Positions 19,471 to 27,967 of a DNA stretch of 64,000 nt are shown piece by piece. The position numbers and the translations under genes are program-made. Each line of letters starts with the position of its first letter. Within the stretch, counting starts at the first letter, position 1. The DNA comes from an uncultured Poribacteria bacterium (GTDB lineage: Bacteria; Poribacteria; WGA-4E; WGA-3G). The stretch spans positions 2,176,001 to 2,240,000 of the forward strand of contig CATQHZ020000001.1 in NCBI GenBank assembly GCA_958296135.2, given 5' to 3'. Under the pieces are notes generated by a model that was given only the letters and a program-made list of their open reading frames with translations, was not told the DNA's origin and searched no databases.

Positions 19471-19950
19471 CAGGGCGATTCAGTTTTCGCTGCCGCAATT
19501 GAAAATTGGCAAATGTCTCCGCCCGCGTAGGGTAAGATCGCCCGATTATGACCTGTTTGCGATGGGGACATTGCGCGTAGCGCAACTTCGCCCGCAAACG
19601 ACAGAAAAGGGACAATTAAATGCCTCTATCCCTAGATGAAATTGAAAAGAGGGTTGCACATTACCTTTAATTATGCCATATTTCGGATGCATTTGCAACA
19701 CTTTTAGCAAAGTCATTTAGTTATTCCGTTTCTGTCGTTTGAATTGGCATGAAAAATAAAAAATAAAGGGTCATTTTTGCCGCTGGAAACGGGTGGATAT
19801 AGAAATCCGCCCTTACAGTTGCCGAGCGCGCACGCGTCCCGAAAATAATCTCCTTAATTACTGAAACTTCATCCTGATCTTGAACAAGTCAGGATCGGGC
19901 GAGCTTGTCCTATGAAGGGACGCGACAATGTGAAAACAGAATCGTCCTAG
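19471..19950. mobile_element. Longer non-coding element bounded by the same inverted repeats as 11960-12050
   Basis: cagggcgattcagttttc at 19471 and gaaaacagaatcgtcctag at 19932-19950; no ORF; internal REPs and palindromes; no matching flanking direct repeat. Confidence 0.5.
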
Positions 19951-19956
19951 CATATT

Positions 19957-19994
19957 AAAAAAAGCAGGGTATCCGAAATACATCGGAACCCTGC
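19957..19994 (-). terminator. Rho-independent terminator after the cohesin/dockerin gene
   Basis: Minus strand gcagggttccga-loop-tcggataccctgc followed by T7. Confidence 0.75.
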
Positions 19995-20037
19995 CTGAAA
20001 CGAAAGTCGTTTACTCCTGAAACGAAAGTCGTTTACT
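19994..20037. repeat. 22-bp exact tandem duplication
   Basis: cctgaaacgaaagtcgtttact x2. Confidence 0.9.
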
Positions 20038-21397
20038 TACGTACCAGCATTTTCCTCGTTGCGGTAAAACCGCCAGCGGTGAGTGTGTAGAAATAGACAC
20101 CACTCGCGACAGGTTCACGTTGTTCATTTCGGCCATCCCAATATGCTGCATGATGCCGGTCATGATAGATTCCAACCGGCTGATGCCCTAATGCCAGTGT
20201 CCGAATGAGTCTTCCGTTCGCAGCATAGATGCGCAACGTTACATTTGCTGCTTGGGCCAACTGATAGGGTATCCACGTTTCCGGGTTGAATGGGTTTGGA
20301 TAGTTTGGCAAAAGTGCCGTCGCTTTCGGAGTCAAGGCTACGAGGAGTTGCTGCAATTTCGAGATGCCACGCCGATAGATAGGATGGGCCATGTCAAGTT
20401 GCTGCGCTTGGATGAGCCATTGTTGAACGTCAGATCTGGCTGGCGCGCCAGCGGCATTGCCCAACGCCCTCGCAACTAAGACGAGATCAGCGATGTTGAC
20501 AGAACCGTCCTCGTTCACATCCGCAGCATGTTCACCGCGTAATCCGAACCATGAAGCGACTAGCACCAAATCCTGAATGTTCACCACACCGTCGCGGTTC
20601 ACATCTCCGGTAATTCCTGGTTCTTCTACCACCGCTGCACTCTCAACGCGAGGACGCGATACTGCGCCTGCACTGTCAGACAGGACTACGTCGGACAACC
20701 TCAAAATTGAAGGGTTGTAAGAAATGCTGACGAATGTGATGCTTGCAAGAGTCCCATCACCGTTGTTTTCCCCGGTTAGCGACGTTGCAGCAAACGTCAC
20801 GTCACCATCTGAAACAACCGGCGGCACAATAAATGGGTTGCCGGGCAAATAGTCTTCGTTCCTTATTGAGACAAAGCGGAGAGCGTCAGGGTCAAAACTC
20901 AAGGTGAATTGATACCCTGCAACGTTTTCACCACCGGCAATATCAATGTTGAACGTCAATTGTTCGCCTACGGCCGGGACACTGACTGATGCCGGAACCA
21001 GTCTCACAATTATGCTTGAGTGAACACCCAGTAGACTGGGAGCGGCAAACGCGCGTCCACTTTGCACTCCAAGCACAGCGGGTTCCGCCGACGTTTCTCT
21101 CCAGCCAGGACGTTTTTTGAGGTTCCGCAGCTCTTTGGCGGCGGTAAACCATCTTGTCCGGGGGATGCCTAGGGTGTTTTTCCGCGGGTTGAGAATCAGT
21201 ACTGTATCGTCCTCAAAGCCAAATCTGCCGCGGTTTTTCGCCCTGTCATGCGCACCCCGCGCCTGTCCATCATCAACGGAACTTCCCGCGCCTGCGTTTA
21301 ACAACCACGCGTAGATTGGGCCGTGAGCCTCCAATGCCATCACTTGCGGGACTATCGTCAGGAGACTCAGTATGAAAAGGGTTAGAAGTCTCGTCAT
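20033..21397 (-). CDS. Secreted protein with cohesin, dockerin and C-terminal FlgD-Ig/T9SS-like domains
   Basis: Signal peptide; cohesin (VAGYQFTLSFDP, GDGTLASITF); dockerin (GDVNRDGVVNIQDL, DVNEDGSVNIADL); LLPNYPNPFNPETWIPY...VASGVYFY. Confidence 0.9.
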   Translation of the reverse strand: MTRLLTLFILSLLTIVPQVMALEAHGPIYAWLLNAGAGSSVDDGQARGAHDRAKNRGRFGFEDDTVLILNPRKNTLGIPRTRWFTAAKELRNLKKRPGWRETSAEPAVLGVQSGRAFAAPSLLGVHSSIIVRLVPASVSVPAVGEQLTFNIDIAGGENVAGYQFTLSFDPDALRFVSIRNEDYLPGNPFIVPPVVSDGDVTFAATSLTGENNGDGTLASITFVSISYNPSILRLSDVVLSDSAGAVSRPRVESAAVVEEPGITGDVNRDGVVNIQDLVLVASWFGLRGEHAADVNEDGSVNIADLVLVARALGNAAGAPARSDVQQWLIQAQQLDMAHPIYRRGISKLQQLLVALTPKATALLPNYPNPFNPETWIPYQLAQAANVTLRIYAANGRLIRTLALGHQPVGIYHDRHHAAYWDGRNEQREPVASGVYFYTLTAGGFTATRKMLVRK

Positions 21398-21643
21398 TAA
21401 AATTTCTCCTTTTTAGCCCTTCTGGGCGTTATTTTTTGCCGAAGCAAAAAGGAAATGCTAACAAAAACGGACGCGGCTAAACGCTGCGTCTCAACGAAAA
21501 TAGCCCGCACGCGCTCGCCATAAATAGCAGAGCACGTGCGGGCACGAAAACAGAACGACGAAAAAAAGTCGCTGTTCCGCAAAGAAAGTAGAACCTATTC
21601 GTCGGGTTCGTATGCGGATTATACTTAACGTTTGTGCGATAGC

Positions 21644-21653
21644 GGGGGGGGGG
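21644..21653. repeat. G10 homopolymer upstream of the cohesin/dockerin gene
   Basis: agc-gggggggggg-taaacc; minus-strand TATAAT at 21618-21623. Confidence 0.9.
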
Positions 21654-21995
21654 TAAACCTTAAATTATCGGCGGACAACCGGTAACCTTTGTGAGCGCGA
21701 CAAGAGTCCCCAGCCCTACACTTCGCGTGCATTCCGTGGTTAGTCCCTTGTTCTTGAATTGTGACGTTCACAAGCCGGTTCTCCATTGGCGTTACCCGTT
21801 AAAGTGGATTTCTGTCGGTCTGCAATGGTGTGATGCTTCAATGCAACACCATGCTGTTACGTAATGATACAGTAATTCCAAAACACAATGCAAGTTTTTT
21901 GCGATGAAAACGAGCATCGGTTCAAGAATACCATAAAATGCATTTCGCGGTCAAGATTTTTTCAGGAAAATAATGAGCTGAATATAGAATTCCCA

Positions 21996-22583
21996 CTAAT
22001 AATTTTCAGGAAACATCAACCGTTCCACGTTCTCAATCAAAATGTGCAACACCTTCATGTGGATTTCCTGAATCCGGTCTGCCGTGTCGCCGGGTGCGAT
22101 GAGGAAAATATCGCAGAGATGCTTTAGTTCACCGCCATCTCTGCCGAGCAGTCCGAATACTTTCATCCGGCGCGATTTTGCCGCTTCCGCCGCGCGCACG
22201 ACGTTGGCAGAATTCCCACTGGTAGAAATCGCCACGAGTAGATCGCCGGGGTGCCCGAGTGCTTCTATCGGCCGCGCGAAGATTTCCGCGAACCCGAAAT
22301 CGTTCGCCGTGCAGGTGATATGGCCCGCATCGCTGAGCGCAATGGCAGGCAAAGGGCGACGAGCCGCTCGGAATCTTCCAGTGCATTCTTCGGCGAAATG
22401 GATGGCATCGCATAAACTGCCGCCGTTCCCGCACGTGAAGATTCTGCCGTGCCGCTCAAAAACGTCGCGCATCAGTGCCGCTGTCTCGGCGAGCGTCGCG
22501 ACGTTTTCGGGGTTTTGGATGAACTGGGCAAGCGCGTCTTGTGCTTCTAACAGCGCAAGACGAATGCTATCTGAAATGTCCAT
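21996..22583 (-). CDS. gmhA: Phosphoheptose isomerase (SIS domain)
   Basis: CGNGGS, HFAEE, ANDFG, ISTSGNS and DRIQEIH motifs. Confidence 0.9.
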   Translation of the reverse strand: MDISDSIRLALLEAQDALAQFIQNPENVATLAETAALMRDVFERHGRIFTCGNGGSLCDAIHFAEECTGRFRAARRPLPAIALSDAGHITCTANDFGFAEIFARPIEALGHPGDLLVAISTSGNSANVVRAAEAAKSRRMKVFGLLGRDGGELKHLCDIFLIAPGDTADRIQEIHMKVLHILIENVERLMFPENY

Positions 22584-22595
22584 GAGCGTTCCTTA

Positions 22596-24335
22596 TTAAA
22601 TCCGGAAAATCTCCCCTAACTTCCCGCCAAGCACTTTGCCTGCACCGAGTAGACATGCAATCAAAATAAGCATTCCTACAACCCCTAACGCGCTCGCGGT
22701 ATATGCACCGTGGTCTGGACGCTGCGAGAGCGACCAGATTGCTTTGGTAATCGGATAGTGCTGGTCCCGCATGGCCAAAATCAGGCTATCGCTCACCTCT
22801 AGCATGGAAAACGAGAAGACTAGGATTGCCCCGGCGAGGATATTGGCGATAACCAAAGGCAACGTGATTTTATACAACGTTCGCATCGGTGTCGCGCCCA
22901 TGTTCTGCGATGCCTCTTCGTAGGTGACGCTCGTCTGCTGGAGGCCGGCATAGATGGAGCGCAACATGTAGGGCAATCGCCGCACGGAATAACTGATAAT
23001 CAGCAGGAACGTCGGATTCTGCCTCGGGTCTAGCACGGAAACGATGCCATCGGGCAAGTGCCGCAGGAGCAGCGTTGTATCCGCGAAACTGCCGAGGTAG
23101 CCGAACGCAATCGCAACGCCGGGCAACGCTAACGGCAACATCGCCACGGCATCCAGCAGGTTTTGAAACGGGACGCGTTTGCGCGTCAAAAGATATGAAA
23201 CCACAACCCCGACGAGCATAGCGAGCAGCGTGCTGAAGATGCTATACTTCAGGCTGTTGAGGATACTCGGTAGCGTATCCGAATGTGTGAACGTTTCAAC
23301 GTAGTGCGCGAATGTCCACGATTGCGGCAGCACGCTCAACCGCCACTGGCTTGAATCCGGCGTTAACGAAACCAAGATGACGCTGATATGCGGCAGCAGG
23401 GCCATAAGCGTCAACCCGCCGATAAAGAGGTAGATGATACTGCGCATTCCCCAATTCGCATCCGTTTCACGCGAGGAGACATGCCCGCGCCCAAGCATCT
23501 CGTAGTGCTTACTGCCGGTCCAACGTTTAGAGACGTAAAACGCGAGTGCCGTCAGCACGATAATCAACACGACGAGTGCGTATCCCATCGGATTCGCGTT
23601 CGCCTCGGTGACTTGGCGGAAGATGCGCACCGCGATAACTTCGTTATAGTCAAAGATGAGCGGTGTCCCGAGGTCTGTGAATGCCCAGATAAAGACGAGA
23701 ATCGCCCCTGCGAAATAGCCGGGCATCATCAACGGCAAGGTTATTCGCCGAAAGACTTGGAACCGCGACGCGCCCATGTTCTCCGCTGCCTCCTCTAAAC
23801 TCGGGTCAACGTTCGCGAGGGCCGCCACGATGTTCAGATACATGATCGGATAGAGGTGCAGCGTTGACAAAAGCACGACACCCCAGAAACCGCCGCCGAA
23901 CCAGTCGATAGTCTCGGTAATGTCGATTAGCTTCAGTTTGACGAGGAGCATATTGACACTGCCGTATAATCCAAAGAATTGTTTCATGCCGATTGCCCCG
24001 ACGAACGGCGGCATAATCATCGGAATCAAGATGACAGAGCGTAACATATCGCGCCCCGGATACCGGTAGCGCGTCAAAAAATACGCCAGCGGCAGGCTCA
24101 CAATGCTCGTGATTAGCGTTACCATTACTCCGATTTTGAAACTGTTGACGACGAGCGTGCGGATGCTCGGGTCTGTCACCATCAGTTTGAAATACGTCAG
24201 GTTGAAAGTATTCTCTATCCAGAACGCCTCTTTGAAAACGTAGAGGAGCGGGTAGATAAGGAACACCACGAAGAACAGCGTCGTCAGCACGAGGATGAGG
24301 CTAATCGATGGAGTTAAATCGTATCTGTTTCGCAT
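22596..24335 (-). CDS. Fe3+/FbpB-type ABC permease with two transmembrane domains
   Basis: Two EAA loops (LEEAAENMGA, YEEASQNMGA). Confidence 0.85.
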   Translation of the reverse strand: MRNRYDLTPSISLILVLTTLFFVVFLIYPLLYVFKEAFWIENTFNLTYFKLMVTDPSIRTLVVNSFKIGVMVTLITSIVSLPLAYFLTRYRYPGRDMLRSVILIPMIMPPFVGAIGMKQFFGLYGSVNMLLVKLKLIDITETIDWFGGGFWGVVLLSTLHLYPIMYLNIVAALANVDPSLEEAAENMGASRFQVFRRITLPLMMPGYFAGAILVFIWAFTDLGTPLIFDYNEVIAVRIFRQVTEANANPMGYALVVLIIVLTALAFYVSKRWTGSKHYEMLGRGHVSSRETDANWGMRSIIYLFIGGLTLMALLPHISVILVSLTPDSSQWRLSVLPQSWTFAHYVETFTHSDTLPSILNSLKYSIFSTLLAMLVGVVVSYLLTRKRVPFQNLLDAVAMLPLALPGVAIAFGYLGSFADTTLLLRHLPDGIVSVLDPRQNPTFLLIISYSVRRLPYMLRSIYAGLQQTSVTYEEASQNMGATPMRTLYKITLPLVIANILAGAILVFSFSMLEVSDSLILAMRDQHYPITKAIWSLSQRPDHGAYTASALGVVGMLILIACLLGAGKVLGGKLGEIFRI

Positions 24336-24620
24336 TTTTGTTGTTTCTAGCAATGGTTTGGCTTTTCGTTGGCTTATCAGGCCGTCTGGACGTTGTCAAG
24401 ACTTGCATGTTACGGCAAAAACGTGCTTTAATGCATTATACCTTATATTCGCGCAAAATTGCACCTCTTTTTTCTTGACAGATACTTGCGATTCATGCGA
24501 TAATTAATGGCGTGCCCTGATTGTAAGGGCAGATTGCTATATCTGCCCATCCACGTTTGTTACAAACAGGCGGATACGGACATCCGCCGTTACGGTTCGT
24601 CCGTCAAACAGCATCACACT

Positions 24621-25766
24621 ATGGCAACAGTCAAACTCGAAAACGTCACAAAACGCTTCGGCGAACTCATCGCCCTAGATAACATCACATTTGATGTCCA
24701 CGACCGGGAGTTCTTCGTCCTCCTTGGACAAACAGGCGCGGGGAAGACGACGACGCTCCGCTGCATCGCAGGGCTGGATAAACCCGAAGAAGGCGAAATC
24801 TATCTGGACGATGTCTCTGTCAACGATAAAACGCCAGCGGCGCGCGATGTCGCCTTTGTTTTTCAATCGCACATTCTCTATCCGCACCTCACCGTCTACG
24901 ATAACATGGCGTTCCCGTTGCATCCGCGGAAACTACCGCCTGAGGAGATCGACCGGCGCGTCAAGGATATCGCACAAATGCTACATATTGAGCATCTCCT
25001 CAGACGGATGCCGAGTCAATTGAGCGGCGGCGAAACGCAGCGCGTCGGGCTCGGTAGAGCCATGGTGCGCCGGCCGCAAGTGTTTCTCATGGATGAACCT
25101 ATCTCTAATCTCGATGCGAAACTGCGCACCGAAATGCGCGCTGAAATCCGGTGGCGGCAGCGTGAACTCGGAACAACAACGTTCTACGTCACGCACGATC
25201 AGATTGAAGCAATGTCAATGGCAGACCGGATTGCAGTGTTGGAAGCAGGAAAAATCCAACAGTTGGGGACACCCTCGGATATCTACAATCATCCGGTGAA
25301 CCTGTTTGTCGCCGGTTTCATCGGCAGCCCAAGCATGAATTGCATCCCGTGTGAATTCTCGCGTGCCAACGGCAAGTTGCAGTTCACGCTAGGCGCGGGG
25401 TTACAAACCTCGTCTATGGATAATTCTGGGCGCACTATCGCAATTGAGGATGCCGACATTGCTAAAACCATCGGAGCTATTGCTGGAAACAGCGACGTTA
25501 TTTTCGGCGCGCACCCAGAAGATGTCCTCGTCAGCCATCAACCGATGCCGAACGCGTGCCAGGCGGAAGTTTACAGTGTTGAACCACTCGGCGCAGAGAC
25601 AATAGTCGAGTTGACGCTCGGCACGGACGCGGCCGGCGCGCATACGATTGTCAAATCACGCACCGCTCCTAACTTTGAGGCCCGAATCGGGGAGCACCTC
25701 TCTGTTATGTTTGTTGCGGAACGCATCCATTTCTTTGACAAAACGACAGGCGAGGCACTCTTATGA
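24621..25766 (+). CDS. MalK-like ABC ATP-binding protein
   Basis: GQTGAGKT, LSGGETQR, MDEP and YVTHDQ motifs; TOBE tail; start at ATG 24621. Confidence 0.92.
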   Translation: MATVKLENVTKRFGELIALDNITFDVHDREFFVLLGQTGAGKTTTLRCIAGLDKPEEGEIYLDDVSVNDKTPAARDVAFVFQSHILYPHLTVYDNMAFPLHPRKLPPEEIDRRVKDIAQMLHIEHLLRRMPSQLSGGETQRVGLGRAMVRRPQVFLMDEPISNLDAKLRTEMRAEIRWRQRELGTTTFYVTHDQIEAMSMADRIAVLEAGKIQQLGTPSDIYNHPVNLFVAGFIGSPSMNCIPCEFSRANGKLQFTLGAGLQTSSMDNSGRTIAIEDADIAKTIGAIAGNSDVIFGAHPEDVLVSHQPMPNACQAEVYSVEPLGAETIVELTLGTDAAGAHTIVKSRTAPNFEARIGEHLSVMFVAERIHFFDKTTGEALL

Positions 25767-25883
25767 ATTGGCGGCTGAAACTTTTCAATCTCATCCCCAA
25801 GTTTGTCAAGCGCATCGGATGCACGCTGCTCCGCAAACTCGGCTACGAACCTGATGTCTGGCTAGAAAATTTTCTCAAAAAAC

Positions 25884-25953
25884 ACCGGTAGGAGGGCCCT
25901 CCCGGTCCCGAAAGGAGCAACCGGTAGGAAAGCCCTCCCTGTCCCGAAAGGAG
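25884..25953 (+). repeat. Two 36-bp tandem REP family B units ending in AAGGAG
   Basis: accggtaggagggccctcccggtcccgaaaggag and accggtaggaaagccctccctgtcccgaaaggag. Confidence 0.85.
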
Positions 25954-25962
25954 ACACAAAAC

Positions 25963-27597
25963 GTGATAGGCGGAGATATTCTCATCGAATGCTTGAAAGC
26001 GCAGGGCGTTACAGCCGTTTTTGGCATGCCCGGCACCCAAAATATCCAGATTTACGATGCCTTGCTGAGGCGCGGTGCCGGCAAGATCGACCACTATCTC
26101 GTCCGGCATGAATACGCGGCGACGCAGATGGCAGACGGGTTCGCCCGCTCAACCGGCGAGGTCGGCGTTGCAATTACCGTGCCGGGGCCCGGCGCAAGCA
26201 ACGCCTCAACAGGCATTTTAGAGGCGTTCACCGACCGCGCTCCTGTCTTGCTCATCACCGGGCAAAGCCACACGGAACTCTACAGTAAATCTCCGGACAA
26301 AATGTTCCACGGGCTGGACCAGATGCGGTTTTTTGAGTCGTTTACCAAATACTGCGCAATTGCCCACACTGTCGCCGAAATTCCGGTCGTCGTTGAAAAT
26401 GCCTTTAAGGCAATGCGCACCGGCCGCCCGGGCCCGACAGTGTTGGAATTCCCGATGGATGTCGTCATGGGTGAAGGGGATGTCCGCATTCCACGGCGGG
26501 TTGAACGGCCGATGGGACATCCGCCCGACGATGCCCTCCTGCGCGATGCCGTTGACACTATCCGCAAGGCGAAGCGTCCCCTGATTTTCGCCGGTTCGGC
26601 CGTCTTCCATGCAAATGCGCGGAACGAGTTGCGTCTGCTCGCCGAGAAGTTGAACGCGCCTGTCATTGTCACGCGCTGCGCAAAAGGCGTTTTACCGGAA
26701 GACCATCCGTTGGCGTTGCAAATCTGCTACGGCTATTTGGCGAAGCAGGCATTACAACATACCGACTGCCTCATCGGCATCGGCCCGCGCTTCACCTCTA
26801 TTGATACACGAAGTTGGAGCATGCAGCTGCCGCAGCCGTTCATCCAAATTGACGAAGACGCAAACGAGATTGGGCGCGAATACCCCTGTGATATCGGTGT
26901 CGTCGGCGATATGAGGTTCACCTTGCAAGCACTCATTGAGGATGTCGCAGCCATTGAAGACGGTTGGGATGCTGTGTTGACTCCCCACCGCGCGGAATTC
27001 AATGCGCAACCCGCTCTTCCTATTATCCATGAATTACAAGAGGTGCTTCCGCGCGATACCCTCTATGCGATTGATGTCCACGCGCTCGGCTACGCCTCCT
27101 TCGCCGAATTTCCCATCTATGACCCGAGGACGTTCCTCTATCCGAATATCGGCGTGGCGTTAGGGCATGCCTTCCCGGCGGCCCTCGGTGCGAAAGTTGC
27201 GCATCCAGAGCGTCCTGTTATCTGCTTCAGTGGAGACGGAGGTTTCCTCATGGGCGCGGTTGAGATGGCAACGGCGATGAAATACGGCATAAACGTCGTC
27301 TCTATCGTCGTCAACGACGGGGCGTTGTCCGCTATCAAAGGTTCGCAGTTGAAAGGCTGCGAAGGACGCACTATTGATACCGATTTGCAAAACCCAGATT
27401 TCGTTCAATTGGCGGCGGCTTTCGGGGCGTATGCAAGGAAGGTGGAAAACGTGGCAGACTTCAAGCCGGCGTTACGCGACGCGCTCGCCGCTGAAAAACC
27501 GGCACTCATTGAGGTGATGATGCAGGACAAGCAGGCGGAGATTATCGGTTCGATCGGATGGTTGCAAGGAGATGGGCTGCGCAAATCAACTTGGTAG
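25963..27597 (+). CDS. Thiamine-pyrophosphate-binding protein (acetolactate-synthase-like)
   Basis: VFGMPG, RHE, VPGPGASN and GDGGFLM...VVND motifs. Confidence 0.9.
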   Translation: MIGGDILIECLKAQGVTAVFGMPGTQNIQIYDALLRRGAGKIDHYLVRHEYAATQMADGFARSTGEVGVAITVPGPGASNASTGILEAFTDRAPVLLITGQSHTELYSKSPDKMFHGLDQMRFFESFTKYCAIAHTVAEIPVVVENAFKAMRTGRPGPTVLEFPMDVVMGEGDVRIPRRVERPMGHPPDDALLRDAVDTIRKAKRPLIFAGSAVFHANARNELRLLAEKLNAPVIVTRCAKGVLPEDHPLALQICYGYLAKQALQHTDCLIGIGPRFTSIDTRSWSMQLPQPFIQIDEDANEIGREYPCDIGVVGDMRFTLQALIEDVAAIEDGWDAVLTPHRAEFNAQPALPIIHELQEVLPRDTLYAIDVHALGYASFAEFPIYDPRTFLYPNIGVALGHAFPAALGAKVAHPERPVICFSGDGGFLMGAVEMATAMKYGINVVSIVVNDGALSAIKGSQLKGCEGRTIDTDLQNPDFVQLAAAFGAYARKVENVADFKPALRDALAAEKPALIEVMMQDKQAEIIGSIGWLQGDGLRKSTW

Positions 27598-27657
27598 GCA
27601 AGCCCTCCCAGACTCGATTGCGTGCGTGTCGGGACCGGGAGAGATGTCATTTCCAAC

Positions 27658-27693
27658 AAAAAAGGAGTGTTGATGACACAAACACTCCTTTTT
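27658..27693. terminator. Bidirectional intrinsic terminator between the TPP gene and the tRNAs
   Basis: aaaaaggagtgtt-loop-aacactccttttt. Confidence 0.85.
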
Positions 27694-27697
27694 CGCA

Positions 27698-27770
<73 letters not shown>

Positions 27771-27806
27771 TTATGGATAGCCACGAAAAGCGAACCCTTA
27801 TAGAGA

Positions 27807-27879
<73 letters not shown>

Positions 27880-27894
27880 TTGTTGCTATTACTA

Positions 27895-27923
27895 ATTATA
27901 CCCTATTTCGCGCCAAAATGCAA
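27895..27923 (-). promoter_or_regulatory. Sigma70 promoter of the tRNA-Asn pair
   Basis: TTGCAT-17 bp-TATAAT. Confidence 0.7.
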
Positions 27924-27967
27924 ATTAAAATGCACTTTTTTGCGATTTTTCTAAAAAAAGTCTTTTT

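Noticed and set aside
19994-20037. Hammerhead-like ribozyme (CTGA...CGAAA)
   Set aside because: It lacks the CUGAUGA core spacing and the flanking stems, and is explained as a simple duplication.
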